Below are positions 23,512-36,262 of a stretch of 64,000 nt of DNA, one piece after another. Location of the stretch: assembly GCA_950097015.1 (NCBI GenBank), contig CATNEN010000038.1, positions 26,846,001 through 26,910,000 on the forward strand. The letters run 5' to 3'. Below the pieces are notes generated by a model that saw nothing but the letters and a program-made list of their open reading frames with translations, was not told where the DNA came from and made no database searches. The DNA comes from Macrostomum hystrix. Lineage: Eukaryota > Animalia > Platyhelminthes. The position numbers were made by a program, and so were the translations under genes. Position 1 is the stretch's first letter, and each line of letters opens with the position of its first letter.

Positions 23512-24660
23512 CCCTCTCAGTCTCTCACACTCCCTCTCAGTCTCTCATACTCCCTCTCAGTCTCTCATACTCCCTCTCAGTCTCTCACACTCCCTCTCAG
23601 TCTCTCACACTCCCTCTCAGTCTCTCACACTCCCTCTCAGTCTCTCACACTCCCTCTCAGTCTCTCACACTCCCTATCAGTCTCCCTCTCAGTCTCCCTC
23701 TCAGTCTCCCTCTCAGTCTCCTTATTAGTCTCCTTATCAGTCTCCTTATCAGTCTCCTTATCAGTCTCCCTCTCAGTCTCCTTATCAGTCTCCTTATCAG
23801 TCTCCTTATCAGTCTCCTTATCAGTCTCCCTCTCAGTCTCCTTATCAGTCTCCTTATCAGTCTCCTTATCAGTCTCCTTATCAGTCTCCCTCTCAGTCTC
23901 CTTATCAGTCTCCTTATCAGTCTCCTTATCAGTCTCCTTATCAGTCTCCTTATCAGTCTCCTTATCAGTCTCCTTATCAGTCTCCTTATCAGTCTCCTTA
24001 TCAGTCTCCCTCTCAGTCTCCTTATCAGTCTCCTTATCAGTCTCCCTCTCAGTCTCCTTATCAGTCTCCTTATCAGTCTCCTTATCAGTCTCCTTATCAG
24101 TCTCCCTCTCAGTCTCCTTATCAGTCTCCTTATCAGTCTCCTTATCAGTCTCCCTCTCAGTCTCCTTATCAGTCTCCTTATCAGTCTCCCTCTCAGTCTC
24201 CTTATCAGTCTCCTTATCAGTCTCCCTCTCAGTCTCCTTATCAGTCTCCTTATCAGTCTCCTTATCAGTCTCCCTCTCAGTCTCCTTATCAGTCTCCTTA
24301 TCAGTCTCCTTATCAGTCTCCTTATCAGTCTCCTTATCAGTCTCCTTATCAGTCTCCTTATCAGTCTCCTTATCAGTCTCCCTCTCAGTCTCCTTATCAG
24401 TCTCCTTATCAGTCTCCTTATCAGTCTCCCTCTCAGTCTCCTTATCAGTCTCCCTCTCAGTCTCCCTCTCAGTCTCCTTATCAGTCTCCCTCTCAGTCTC
24501 CTTATCAGTCTCCTTATCAGTCTCCTTATCAGTCTCCCTTTCAGCCTCCCAATCAGTCTCCTTATCAGTCTCCTTATCAGTCTCCCTTTCAGCCTCCCAA
24601 TCAGTCTCCTTATCAGTCTCCTTATCAGTCTCCCTTTCAGCCTCCCAATCAGTCTCCCTC
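23512..24660. repeat. Composite array: 20-mer (tccctctcagtctctcacac) then 12-mer (tcagtctcctta / tcagtctccctc)
   Basis: Starts ~25 nt from the Kv exon 2 donor; source of the ETDK-repeat pseudo-extension. Confidence 0.95.
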
Positions 24661-24688
24661 TCCGTCCCCGACTCGCACAGCAGCTCAC

Positions 24689-25439
24689 CAGAAACGGCAG
24701 TGACGGAGCCGATGATAAACCCGGGTCCACCCTTGGGCACAATGTCTCCGTAGCCAACTGTAGTGAGGGTCACAATGCTCCACCAGAAGGCGTGTGGAAT
24801 GTCGCTGAATGTGTCGACTTGGTTGTACTCGGCCATGTACACCATGGAGCTGAACAGGAACATGCCGTTCATCAGCAGGAAGCCAAGCAGAACTAGCTCG
24901 GGAATGGACTTCTTCACCGTCAGCATCAGCACTCGAAGGCCGCGACTAATTTTGCTAATCTTGAATATGCGCAAAATGCGTAGTGCCTGCGACATGGACA
25001 GAACGTTGAGCCACCAGATGCTCACTAGAGGTTCCTGAAGCTCCATTGAGCTTCTCAACTCGTCGGCGTTGGGCCTGTAGTAGTAGAAGAAGAACAGGGA
25101 CACATAAATCCAATAGGATCCCAGGATGATTATGTCCATGATGGAGATTGGAGAGCGCAGAAATTTTGGCTTGTCCGGCGACACAATCAGCTTGATGAGA
25201 AATTCGAATGTGAAGACCGCATTCAGCGTGATGTCCACCACGACCAGGGCTTTCAAAGGTTCGGTTTCGCAGTCTTTGCGTATTTTAGGATTTTCAAATC
25301 GATTCAAGTGACTGCAGAGGCCGTCCGTGGCGTTGCTCCAGAACACCTTCTTGCTGGGAGTACGGAATGCCAGGTGTGTCTGCAGACAGTAACACATCAC
25401 ACTGCAGATCATCAGGAGCAGTAGTAGCATGGCCCACAG
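24689..25439 (-). CDS. Shaw: Shaw/Kv3-like K+ channel, exon 2 (S1-S5, pore, start of S6)
   Basis: FTFEFLIK (S2), S4 LRILRIFKISK, pore FWWSIVTLTTVGYGDIVP. CAG acceptor, GTGAG donor at 24688, phase 1. Confidence 0.95.
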
Positions 25440-25484
25440 CTGTTTGAGGGAACGATAGGGTGCGGTTGGTGTGGGATTAAAAAG

Positions 25485-26525
25485 CAGGTTACTGAAGGAT
25501 TAGTGAGTAGGTTACTGAAGGATTAGTGAGTAGGTTACTGAAGGATTAGTGAGTAGGTTACTGAAGGATTTGTGAGTAGGTTACTGATGGATTAGTGAGT
25601 AGGTTACTGATGGATTAGTGAGTAGGTTACTGAAGGATTAGTGAGTAGGTTACTGAAGGATTAGTGAGTAGGTTACTGAAGGATTAGTGAGTAGGTTACT
25701 GATGGATTAGTGAGTAGGTTACTGATGGATTAGTGAGTAGGTTACTGAAGGATTAGTGAGTAGGTTACTGAAGGATTAGTGAGTAGGTTACTGAAGGATT
25801 AGTGAGTAGGTTACTGATGGATTAGTGAGTAGGTTACTGATGGATTAGTGAGTAGGTTACTGATGGATTAGTGAGTAGGTTACTGATGGATTAGTGAGTA
25901 GGTTACTGAAGGATTAGTGAGTAGGTTACTGAAGGATTAGTGAGTAGGTTACTGAAGGATTAGTGAGTAGGTTACTGATGGATTAGTGAGTAGGTTACTG
26001 ATGGATTAGTGAGTAGGTTACTGAAGGATTAGTGAGTAGGTTACTGAAGGATTAGTGAGTAGGTTACTGAAGGATTAGTGAGTAGGTTACTGATGGATTA
26101 GTGAGTAGGTTACTGATGGATTAGTGAGTAGGTTACTGAAGGATTAGTGAGTAGGTTACTGAAGGATTAGTGAGTAGGTTACTGAAGGATTAGTGAGTAG
26201 GTTACTGATGGATTAGTGAGTAGGTTACTGATGGATTAGTGAGTAGGTTACTGAAGGATTAGTGAGTAGGTTACTGAAGGATTAGTGAGTAGGTTACTGA
26301 AGGATTAGTGAGTAGGTTACTGAAGGATTAGTGAGTAGGTTACTGAAGGATTAGTGAGTAGGTTACGGAAGGATTAGTGAGTAGGTTACTGATGGATTAG
26401 TGAGTAGGTTACTGAAGGATTAGTGAGTAGGTTACTGAAGGATTAGTGAGTAGGTTACTGAAGGATTAGTGAGTAGATTACTGAAGGATTAGTGAGTAGG
26501 TTATTGAAGGATTAGTGAGTAGATT
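25485..26525. repeat. 23-bp minisatellite (aggttactga(a/t)ggattagtgagt)
   Basis: Direct periodicity. Confidence 0.95.
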
Positions 26526-27200
26526 ACCGTAGGACTATTAGCAAATAGATTACTGAGGGACTTTTAGCGAGTAGATTACTGAAGGATTCGCGAGTAAGCC
26601 AATGAAGTATTGGTGGATAAATTAGTGAGAAATCAGATGGATAGACAACTGACGAATATGAAAAATGACAGACATGAATGGGCCCGTTTTGTGCTTTTTT
26701 GCGATTCAAATTAATCCTTCAACAAGTGGCCCCTTCAGGTTTGAGGCCAAACTAGTTTGGCACCCCTGCCTCGTCAGGGACATTGGGACAGCTGTTCTAT
26801 GACCCTTTCTTTCTAGATCTGCATTAATATCCTGCAGTTTATTTTTCTCTCGCTTCACTCCAAATTCCAGTCGCAGTCTCGCCTTAGTGTAATATCCTTT
26901 TCTGGCTGTAAATTTATTTTCTTTCGGCCTCCGAAGCTTAGTGGCCAGCAATATACTTCCTTCTATTCCCAAATCCGTGGCATTCTTTGTTGACCTTTCT
27001 ATTGACTAAAGACAAAAATTCTCTGTTTGGCAAATAATTTTTGTGCCCCTAGACACCAACTTGATCCTCACTTAAAGTCATTTTATGGTCCTTCTGCCTG
27101 TCTGTCTCAGAATGTTGCTCTGTAAAAAATAAATAGATTATTTACCTAAAATTATCAAATAGGAATTTTTAATTAAATAAAGGTAATAAAATATACTGAT

Positions 27201-27660
27201 ATCAGTCTCCTTATCAGTCTCCTTATCAGTCTCCTTATCAGTCTCCCTCTCAGTCTCCTTATCAGTCTCCTTATCAGTCTCCCTCTCAGTCTCCTTATCA
27301 GTCTCCTTATCAGTCTCCCTCTCAGTCTCCTTATCAGTCTCCTTATCAGTCTCCTTATCAGTCTCCCTCTCAGTCTCCTTATCAGTCTCCTTATCAGTCT
27401 CCTTATCAGTCTCCTTATCAGTCTCCTTATCAGTCTCCTTATCAGTCTCCTTATCAGTCTCCTTATCAGTCTCCTTATCAGTCTCCTTATCAGTCTCCTT
27501 ATCAGTCTCCCTCTCAGTCTCCTTATCAGTCTCCTTATCAGTCTCCTTATCAGTCTCCTTATCAGTCTCCTTATCAGTCTCCTTATCAGTCTCCTCCTGT
27601 CTATCTGTCTGTCTATATCTGTCTATCAGTCTATCTGTCTATCAGTCTATCTGTCTATCT
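27201..27660. repeat. 12-mer array (tcagtctcctta) followed by a short ctatctgt run
   Basis: Same units as 23680-24660. Confidence 0.93.
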
Positions 27661-28292
27661 TTAAAAATGTTCTTCTATTTTGATCTTTTAATAAAATCTA
27701 TCGATCATTTCTTTTGATTAGACAGTTATCATTTTCAATACATATCGGTTCTACCTAAATTTAATTTTCGATTTTCTGAACGTAATTTCACATACATATC
27801 AGTTTTTCTGTACAAAGTTTCTGTAAATGTCGGTTAGTAATCGAGTTTTCGATACATATAATCTGTAGCTTGAGTTAGTTTTAAAATAAATTAGTTTCTT
27901 CGTGACTGGCGACATTTAGTATTCAGTAAGCCTCTTAAAACCATAATCGGCTTATACAATGAGCAACCGAAACCGCAGCAAAATGCACAACTTCAATGCT
28001 TCGAAGAAAGAGCAATTTTTTAGTCCCAATTTTCAGGCCACAGAAAAATTGAGCTTGTAAAAAATACAGCAAAAATTTCGCCAATTAATCCGCTGAGATT
28101 TAAATTGACACAGCTGAAATTTTAGTTTGTTTCATAAATCCCTAAGCTTAAAATTTATAAAACTATGACAGAATTTTGTTAAATCTCTTTAATTAGTAAA
28201 TAGTAGAGAAACTATTGAACCACTTTTCTCTCACTCTATCTCACCCACAATGTATCTCAATCCCCTCTCTCAATATCTCATATTCTCTTTCT

Positions 28293-28912
28293 CACTGTCT
28301 ATCTGTCTATCTGTCTCTCTGTCTATCTGTATATCTGTATCTCTGTCTATCTATCTGTCTATCTGTCTATCTGTCTCTCTGTCTATCTGTATATCTGTAT
28401 CTCTGTCTATCTAGCTATCTGTCTATCTGTCTATCTGTCTATCTGTCTATATGTCTATATGTCTATGTGTCTATCTGTCTATCTGTCTATCTGTCTATCT
28501 GTATATCTGTATCTCTGTCTATCTAGCTATCTGTCTATCTGTCTATCTGTCTATCTGTCTATCTGTCTATATGTCTATATGTCTATGTGTCTATCTGTCT
28601 ATCTGTCTATCTGTCTATCCGTCTATATGTCTATCTGTCTCTCTGTCTATCTGTCTATCTGTCTATCTGTCTATCTGTCTATCTGTCTATCTGTCTATAT
28701 GTCTATGTGTCTATCTGTCTATCTGTCTATCTGTCTATATGTCTATGTGTCTATCTGTCTATCTGTCTATCTGTCTATCCGTCTATATGTCTATCTGTCT
28801 CTCTGTCTATCTGTCTATCTGTCTATATGTCTATGTGTCTATCTGTCTATCTGTCTATCTGTCTATCTGTCTATATGTCTATGTGTCTATCTGTCTATCT
28901 GTCTATCTGTCT
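28293..28912. repeat. 8-bp satellite (ctatctgt)n
   Basis: Direct periodicity. Confidence 0.93.
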
Positions 28913-29446
28913 CTTTCTAGATTTAAAAATATGCTACAGTACGAATAGTTTGGCCTGTATTAGCTTGAACAAGTGGTATCTGGTGTTGAAAGAGAGCAGG
29001 CTGGAGTGAGATTGTCCGTGTGTCATAGGGAGACTGTGTGGTGTGGTGGGAAGAAAAGGCTAAGCATTGGCAAATTACCTAAACTAAATTCCCAAAGTGA
29101 AAATAAAGCTAAAGCTGATTGTATCCGGCCAACCGGATCTATTCTAACTTATAGATAGAATTGCTGGATCACCAAAGGCATCTCCTACAAAGTTGAATAA
29201 TAATTTTTTTATTGCTCAATTCGTTTCGCTATTAAAAACCTGCAAAATGATAGGAAGCTAGTTAAATTCAGTGTCCGAACTGGAGTGTTACGCTGAATGC
29301 GCGCTAAGATTTGATACATTAATTATGCCTGAACCTAAACTGCCCATAAAACAAGTTGCGTTTGACAGCTACTTAAATTTTGGGCGATACATGTAAATGG
29401 CCCATTTGGAAAACTCAGTAAGCTAGTTAGTACAAGTACTTTGATA

Positions 29447-31224
29447 TCAGCAGAGGAGAGTCAGCAGGGGAGAGTCAGCAGGGGAGAGTCAGCGGAGGAG
29501 AGTCAGCAGAGGAGAGTCAGCAGGGGGAGAGTCAGCGGAGGAGAGTCAGCAGAGGAGAGTCAGCAGGGGAGAGTGAGCAGGGGAGAGTCAGCAGAGGAGA
29601 GTCAGCAGGGGAGAGTCAGCAGGGGAGAGTCAGCAGGGGAGCGTCAGCAGGGGAGAGTCAGCAGGGGGAGAGTCAGCGGAGGAGAGTCAGCAGAGGAGAG
29701 TCAGCAGGGGGAGAGTCAGCGGAGGAGAGTCAGCAGAGGAGAGTCAGCAGGGGAGAGTCAGCAGGGGAGAGTCAGCAGAGGAGAGTCAGCAGGGGAGAGT
29801 CAGCAGGGGAGAGTCAGCAGAGGAGAGTCAGCAGGGGAGAGTCAGCAGGGGAGAGTCAGCAGGGGAGAGTCAGCAGGGGAGAGTCAGCAGGGGAGAGTCA
29901 GCAGGGGAGAGTCAGCAGGGCGAGAGTCAGCAGGGGAGAGTCAGCAAAAGGAGAGTCAGCAGAGGAGAGTCAGCAGAGGAGAGTCAGCAGAGGAGAGTCA
30001 GCAGGGGAGAGTCAGCAGGGGAGAGTCAGCAGGGGAGAGTCAGCAGGGGAGAGTCAGCAGGGGAGAGTCAGCAGGGGAGAGTCAGCAGGGGAGAGACAGC
30101 AGGGGAGAGTCAGCAGGCGAGGAGAGTCAACAGGTGAGAGTCAGCAGGGGAGAGTCAGCAGGGGAGAGTCAGCAGGGGAGAGTCAGCAGGGGAGAGTCAG
30201 CAGGGTAGAGTCAGCAGGGGAGAGTCAGCAGGGGAGAGTCAGCAGGGGAGAGTCAGCAGGCGAGGAGAGTCAGCAGGGTAGAGTCAGCAGGGTAGAGTCA
30301 GCAGAGGGGGAGAGTCAGCAGGGGAGAGTCAGCAGGGGAGAGTCAGCAGGGGAGAGTCAGCAGGGGAGAGTCAGCAGGGGAGAGTCAGCAGGGCGAGAGT
30401 CAGCAGGGGAGAGTCAGCAAAAGGAGAGTCAGCAGAGGAGAGTCAGCAGAGGAGAGTCAGCAGAGGAGAGTCAGCAGGGGAGAGTCAGCAGGGGAGAGTC
30501 AGCAGGGGAGAGTCAGCAGGGGAGAGTCAGCAGGGGAGAGTCAGCAGGGGAGAGTCAGCAGGGGAGAGTCAGCAGGGGAGAGTCAGCAGGGGAGAGACAG
30601 CAGGGGAGAGTCAGCAGGCGAGGAGAGTCAACAGGTGAGAGTCAGCAGGGGAGAGTCAGCAGGGGAGAGTCAGCAGGGGAGAGTCAGCAGAGGAGAGTCA
30701 GCAGGGTAGAGTCAGCAGGGGAGAGTCAGCAGGGGAGAGTCAGCAGGGGAGAGTCAGCAGGCGAGGAGAGTCAGCAGGGTAGAGTCAGCAGGGTAGAGTC
30801 AGCAGAGGGGGAGAGTCAGCAGGGGAGAGTCAGCAGGGGAGAGTCAGCAGGGGAGAGTCAGCAGGGGAGAGTCAGCAGGCGAGGAGAGTCAGCAGGGGAG
30901 AGTCAGCAGAGGGGGAGAGTCAGCAGGGGAGAGTCAGCAGGGGAGAGTCAGCAGGGGAGAGTCAGCAGGGGAGAGTCAGCAGGGGAGAGTCAGCACGGGA
31001 GAGTCAGCAGGGGAGAGTCAGCAGGGGAGAGTCAGCAGGCGAGGAGAGTCAGCAGGGGAGAGTCAGCAGAGGGGGAGAGTCAGCAGGGGAGAGTCAGCAG
31101 GGGAGAGTCAGCAGGGGAGAGTCAGCAGGGGAGAGTCAGCAGGGGAGAGTCAGCACGGGAGAGTCAGCAGGGGAGAGTCAGCAGGGGAGAGTCAGCACGG
31201 GAGAGTCAGCAGGGGAGAGTCAGT
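29447..31224. repeat. 14-bp minisatellite (gagagtcagcaggg)
   Basis: Direct periodicity with internal block duplications. Confidence 0.95.
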
Positions 31225-31817
31225 TATTAAAACCCAAGGAATCACTTTCACTGCGTGACTAACGGCTCCAACAGCAATGATCCCTAAGCGCCAATCCCCA
31301 TGAAACGGTGCACTAGCTGCAGTTGGACGCCGAAAAGTCAATGCTCTGAACTAATTATTGAGCGGATCACTGAGCCAGAGAGAGAGAGTGAGAGAGTGAG
31401 GGAGGGAGGGAGGGAGGGAGGCACAAACTGGAAGCAGTAAATCAATCAAAATTCTCTAGCAGGCTGTTTTCCCTGAAATTTGACAAGCGGATCAATACTG
31501 AAGTGCCCCTGCCCGCATCACAGAAGTCGATTCCTAGTTTTGCCTCTCTGTCCGTTTGTCCCCTTCTCAGCGCTGACTCTGATTCCGGTTGCAGAATTGG
31601 CCGAATGATTTCGGATTTAGTAATTTAGCTAGTCCTATTCTCGTCGTTTTCCAAATGCTAGCCTCTTATTGCGGGCGTGTCTCTAGGCATAGGTGAAGTG
31701 TCTCCCAATGAAATCGATTAACATTGTTGACTAGCTGATAGATCTGCCACTTTGTCTGGCTTTAACTGACCAAGCCACTGAGAATAGCTAACAGAACGCT
31801 ATTCGACAAGATTTGGC

Positions 31818-33927
31818 GGGATGAGGGATCAGAATGGATTGCTAGTCTAGCCTCAGTGGATGAAGGATTAGAATGGATTGCTAGTCTAGGCTCAGTGGAC
31901 GAGGGATCAGAATGGATTGCTAGTCTAGGCTCAGTGGATGAGGGATCAGAATGGATTGCTAGTCTAGCCTCAGTGGGTGAAGGATTAGAATGGATTGCTA
32001 GTCTAGGCTCAGTGGACGAGGGATCAGAATGGATTGCTAGTCTAGGCTCAGTGGATGAGGGATCAGAATGGATTGCTAGTCTAGCCTCAGTGGGTGAAGG
32101 ATTAGAATGGATTGCTAGTCTAGCCTCAGTGGATGAGGGATCAGAATGGATTGCTAGTCTAGGCTCAGTGGATGAGGGATCAGAATGGATTGCTAGTCTA
32201 GGCTCAGTGGATGAGGGATCAGAATGGATTGCTAGTCTAGGCTCAGTGGATGAGGGATCAGAATGGATTGCTAGTCTAGGCTCAGTGGATGAAGGATTAG
32301 AATGGATTGCTAGTCTAGGCTCAGTGGATGAAGGATTAGAATGGATTGCTAGTCTAGCCTCAGTGGATGAAGGATCAGAATGGATTGCTAGTCTAGCCTC
32401 AGTGGATGAAGGATCAGAATGGATTGCTAGTCTAGCCTCAGTGGGTGAAGGATCAGAATGGATTGCTAGTCTAGCCTCAGTGGATGAAGGATTAGAATGG
32501 ATTGCTAGTCTAGCCTCAGTGGATGAAGGATCAGAATGGATTGCTAGTCTAGCCTCAGTGGATGAAGGATCAGAATGGATTGCTAGTCTAGCCTCAGTGG
32601 GTGAAGGATCAGAATGGATTGCTAGTCTAGCCTCAGTGGATGAAGGATTAGAATGGATTGCTAGTCTAGCCTCAGTGGATGAAGGATTAGAATGGATTGC
32701 TAGTCTAGGCTCAGTGGATGAAGGATTAGAATGGATTGCTAGTCTAGCCTCAGTGGATGAAGGATCAGAATGAATTGCTAGTCTAGCCTCAGTGGGTGAA
32801 GGATCAGAATGGATTGCTAGTCTAGCCTCAGTGGATGAAGGATCAGAATGGATTGCTAGTCTAGCCTCAGTGGATGAAGGATTAGAATGGATTGCTAGTC
32901 TAGCCTCAGTGGATGAAGGATTAGAATGGATTGCTAGTCTAGCCTCAGTGGATGAAGGATCAGAATGGATTGCTAGTCTAGCCTCAGTGGATGAAGGATT
33001 AGAATGGATTGCTAGTCTAGCCTCAGTGGATGAAGGATTAGAATGGATTGCTAGTCTAGCCTCAGTGGATGAAGGATCAGAATGGATTGCTAGTCTAGCC
33101 TCAGTGGATGAAGGATCAGAATGGATTGCTAGTCTAGCCTCAGTGGATGAAGGATTAGAATGGATTGCTAGTCTAGCCTCAGTGGATGAAGGATTAGAAT
33201 GGATTGCTAGTCTAGCCTCAGTGGATGAAGGATTAGAATGGATTGCTAGTCTAGCCTCAGTGGATGCAGGATTAGAATGGATTGCTAGTCTAGCCTCAGT
33301 GGATGAGGGATCAGAATGGATTGCTAGTCTAGCCTCAGTGGATGAGGGATCAGAATGGATTGCTAGTCTAGCCTCAGTGGATGAGGGATCAGAATGGATT
33401 GCTAGTCTAGCCTCAGTGGATGAGGGATCAGAATGGATTGCTAGTCTAGGCTCAGTGGACGAGGGATCAGAATGGATTGCTAGTCTAGCCTCAGTGGATG
33501 AGGGATCAGAATGGATTGCTAGTCTAGCCTCAGTGGATGAGGGATCAGAATGGATTGCTAGTCTAGCCTCAGTGGATGAGGGATCAGAATGGATTGCTAG
33601 TCTAGCCTCAGTGGATGAGGGATCAGAATGGATTGCTAGTCTAGCCTCAGTGGATGAGGGATCAGAATGGATTGCTAGTCTAGCCTCAGTGGATGAAGGA
33701 TCAGAATGGATTGCTAGTCTAGCCTCAGTGGATGAGGGATCAGAATGGATTGCTAGTCTAGCCTCAGTGGATGAGGGATCAGAATGGATTGCTAGTCTAG
33801 GCTCAGTGGATGAAGGATCAGAATGGATTGCTAGTCTAGGCTCAGTGGACGAGGGATCAGAATGGATTGCTAGTCTAGCCTCAGTGTATGAGGATCAGAA
33901 TGGATAGCTAGTCTAGCCTCAGTGGAT
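31818..33927. repeat. 39-bp minisatellite (ggatgagggatcagaatggattgctagtctagcctcagt)
   Basis: 13-aa periodic pseudo-ORFs. Confidence 0.95.
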
Positions 33928-33941
33928 TAATTAGCCTCAGT

Positions 33942-34290
33942 AGAGTCACACAGTTGAATGGTGGAGAGTCACACAGTTAAAAGGTGGAGAGTCACACAGT
34001 TGAACGGTGGAGAGTCACACAGTTGAACGGTGGAGAGTCACACAGTTGAACGGTGGAGAGTCACACAGTTGAACGGTGGAGAGTCACACAGTTGAACGGT
34101 GGAGAGTCACACAGTTGAACGGTGGAGAGTCACACAGTTGAACGGTGGAGAGTCACACAGTTGAACGGTGGAGAGTCACACAGTTGAACGGTGGAGAGTC
34201 ACACAGTTGAACGGTGGAGAGTCACACAGTTGAACGGTGGAGAGTCACACAGTTGAACGGTGGAGAGTCACACAGTTGAACGGTGGAGAA
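33942..34290. repeat. 23-bp minisatellite (ggagagtcacacagttgaacggt)
   Basis: Abuts the 39-mer array. Confidence 0.93.
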
Positions 34291-34774
34291 TCAGACAGTC
34301 TTTAGGAGAGTCAGATGAAAGTGAATAAGAAGAACCTGTTTTGTTTCTGGGAGCCAAAACTGCAAATGGTCTATTGAAAGTCAGTGGCATTGATAAACAC
34401 AGGCCTATGTAGGAGATAGCAAGGCAGCAGTTAGTGAATTATATAAACAATAGAGATTAGTAGTAACCAACTGCCAAAGATAACGAACTACTAAACCTTA
34501 TGAATGCGAATGGTTAGCGCCTAGAGCTTGTGTGAACACATAATTGTTAGCTTTATGTTTGCGTATCAAATGTCGCTGCAGAGCGAAGCCAATAGTGCAA
34601 TAGTCAACTACTCTAAACACATTTGAGGAGGCGAAAAAAGCGAAAAAAATGCAAATTTCCTGTAACCGTACCCTTCGTGTTATTGCAGTATCTTCTTCTG
34701 GCAATAATTTTTTGCTTAATTTTGCGCAAAGCACATTTGCACGCGCAATTCTTATTAGTTAAGTAGTTATTCGA

Positions 34775-35495
34775 ATTGGTGAAGATTGTGATTGGTGAAG
34801 ATTGTGATTGGTGAAGATTGTGATTGGTAAAGATTGTGATTGGTGAAGATTGTGATTGGTGAAGATTGTGATTGGTGAAGATTGTAATTGGTGAAGATTG
34901 TGATTGGTGAAGATTGTGATTGGTGAAGATTGTGATTGGTGAAGATTGTGATTGGTAAAGATTGTGATTGGTAAATATTGTGATTGGTGAAGATTGTGAT
35001 TGGTGAAGATTGTTATTGGTAAATATTGTGATTGGTGAAGATTGTGATTGGTGAAGATTGTTATTGGTGAAGATTGTTATTGGTGAACATTCAGTTGGTG
35101 AAGATTGTGATTGGTAAACATTGTGATTGGTGAAGATTGTGATTGGTGAAGATTGCTATTGGTGAACATTCAGTTGGTGAAGATTGTGATTGGTGAAGAT
35201 TGTGATTGGTAAAGATTGTGATTGGTGAAGATTGTCATTGGTGAAGATTGTTATTGGTGAAGATTGTGATTGGTGAAGATTGTTATTGGTGAACATTCAG
35301 TTGGTGAAGATTGTGATTGGTGAAGATTGTGATTGGTGAAGATTGTGATTGGTAAAGATTGTGATTGGTAAAGATTGTGATTGGTGAAGATTGTTATTGG
35401 TAAAGATTGTGATTGGTGAAGATTGTGAATGATTAAGATTGTGATTGGTGAAGATTGTGATTGGTGAAGATTGTAATTGGTGAAGATTGTGATTT
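34775..35495. repeat. 16-bp minisatellite (attggtgaagattgtg)
   Basis: Direct periodicity. Confidence 0.93.
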
Positions 35496-36262
35496 AATCA
35501 CAAATAGTTTTTCTTCTCCCTTTCAAATCAAATCATAATGGCGATAACATCATTGCAGCCCAACGTTTCTTTACCGACGGACTGAATCATAAATTTTTTT
35601 TATTAAAACAATATCCTTTAAGTGAAAATTGCCCCTTGCCCAAATGAATTAATTCATTTCCGACGTTCTGATAAATTCTGACGAAAAAATAGCTTTTTTG
35701 AAATCAATATAAACCGGACAATTTCCATTTTATAATACCAGTTGCTTTAGAAATTCTCAAAGCTAAAATTTTTGGATATAAAACAGTCCTAACAGCGTTG
35801 AAAATGGGATTTCTGTCACGAAAAAATATCCCCAAACTCATTAGGAATTCCCTTTTTTTAAGCCTTTCATTTCATGCATTCAATTCAATCTTGAAAATTA
35901 AAACTAAAAAATCATTTTCGTTAAAAAAGCTCCTCGTCGTCACTATCTTCCCTAACTGGGAATTATTCCAGACAAAGTATGCCTAGTCGTGGAATAGCTG
36001 ACGACTGGTTTGAATTATGAATTTAATAAATTCGTTTGACTGATTGATGATAAATTCATTGGGAAAATGATCCGGCACTAGCATTACTTTGGGTGCAATG
36101 GGCGCCACCTGGACAAAAATACCCCAGATGAAATCTTGGGAATTCAATTATTTATGCCCAAATATGCGATTTAGGGAAAACGAATGAATTTTGTGACGAG
36201 AAAGAGACAGTAAAACAGACAATATAAAAACAGCTGCTTTTTATAGAGCCAACCGAAACTCG

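Noticed and set aside
23637-24688. ETDK-repeat C-terminus of the 597-aa Kv ORF
   Set aside because: Read-through into intron 2. A GTGAG donor at 24688 joins in phase to the true S6 end at 13448.
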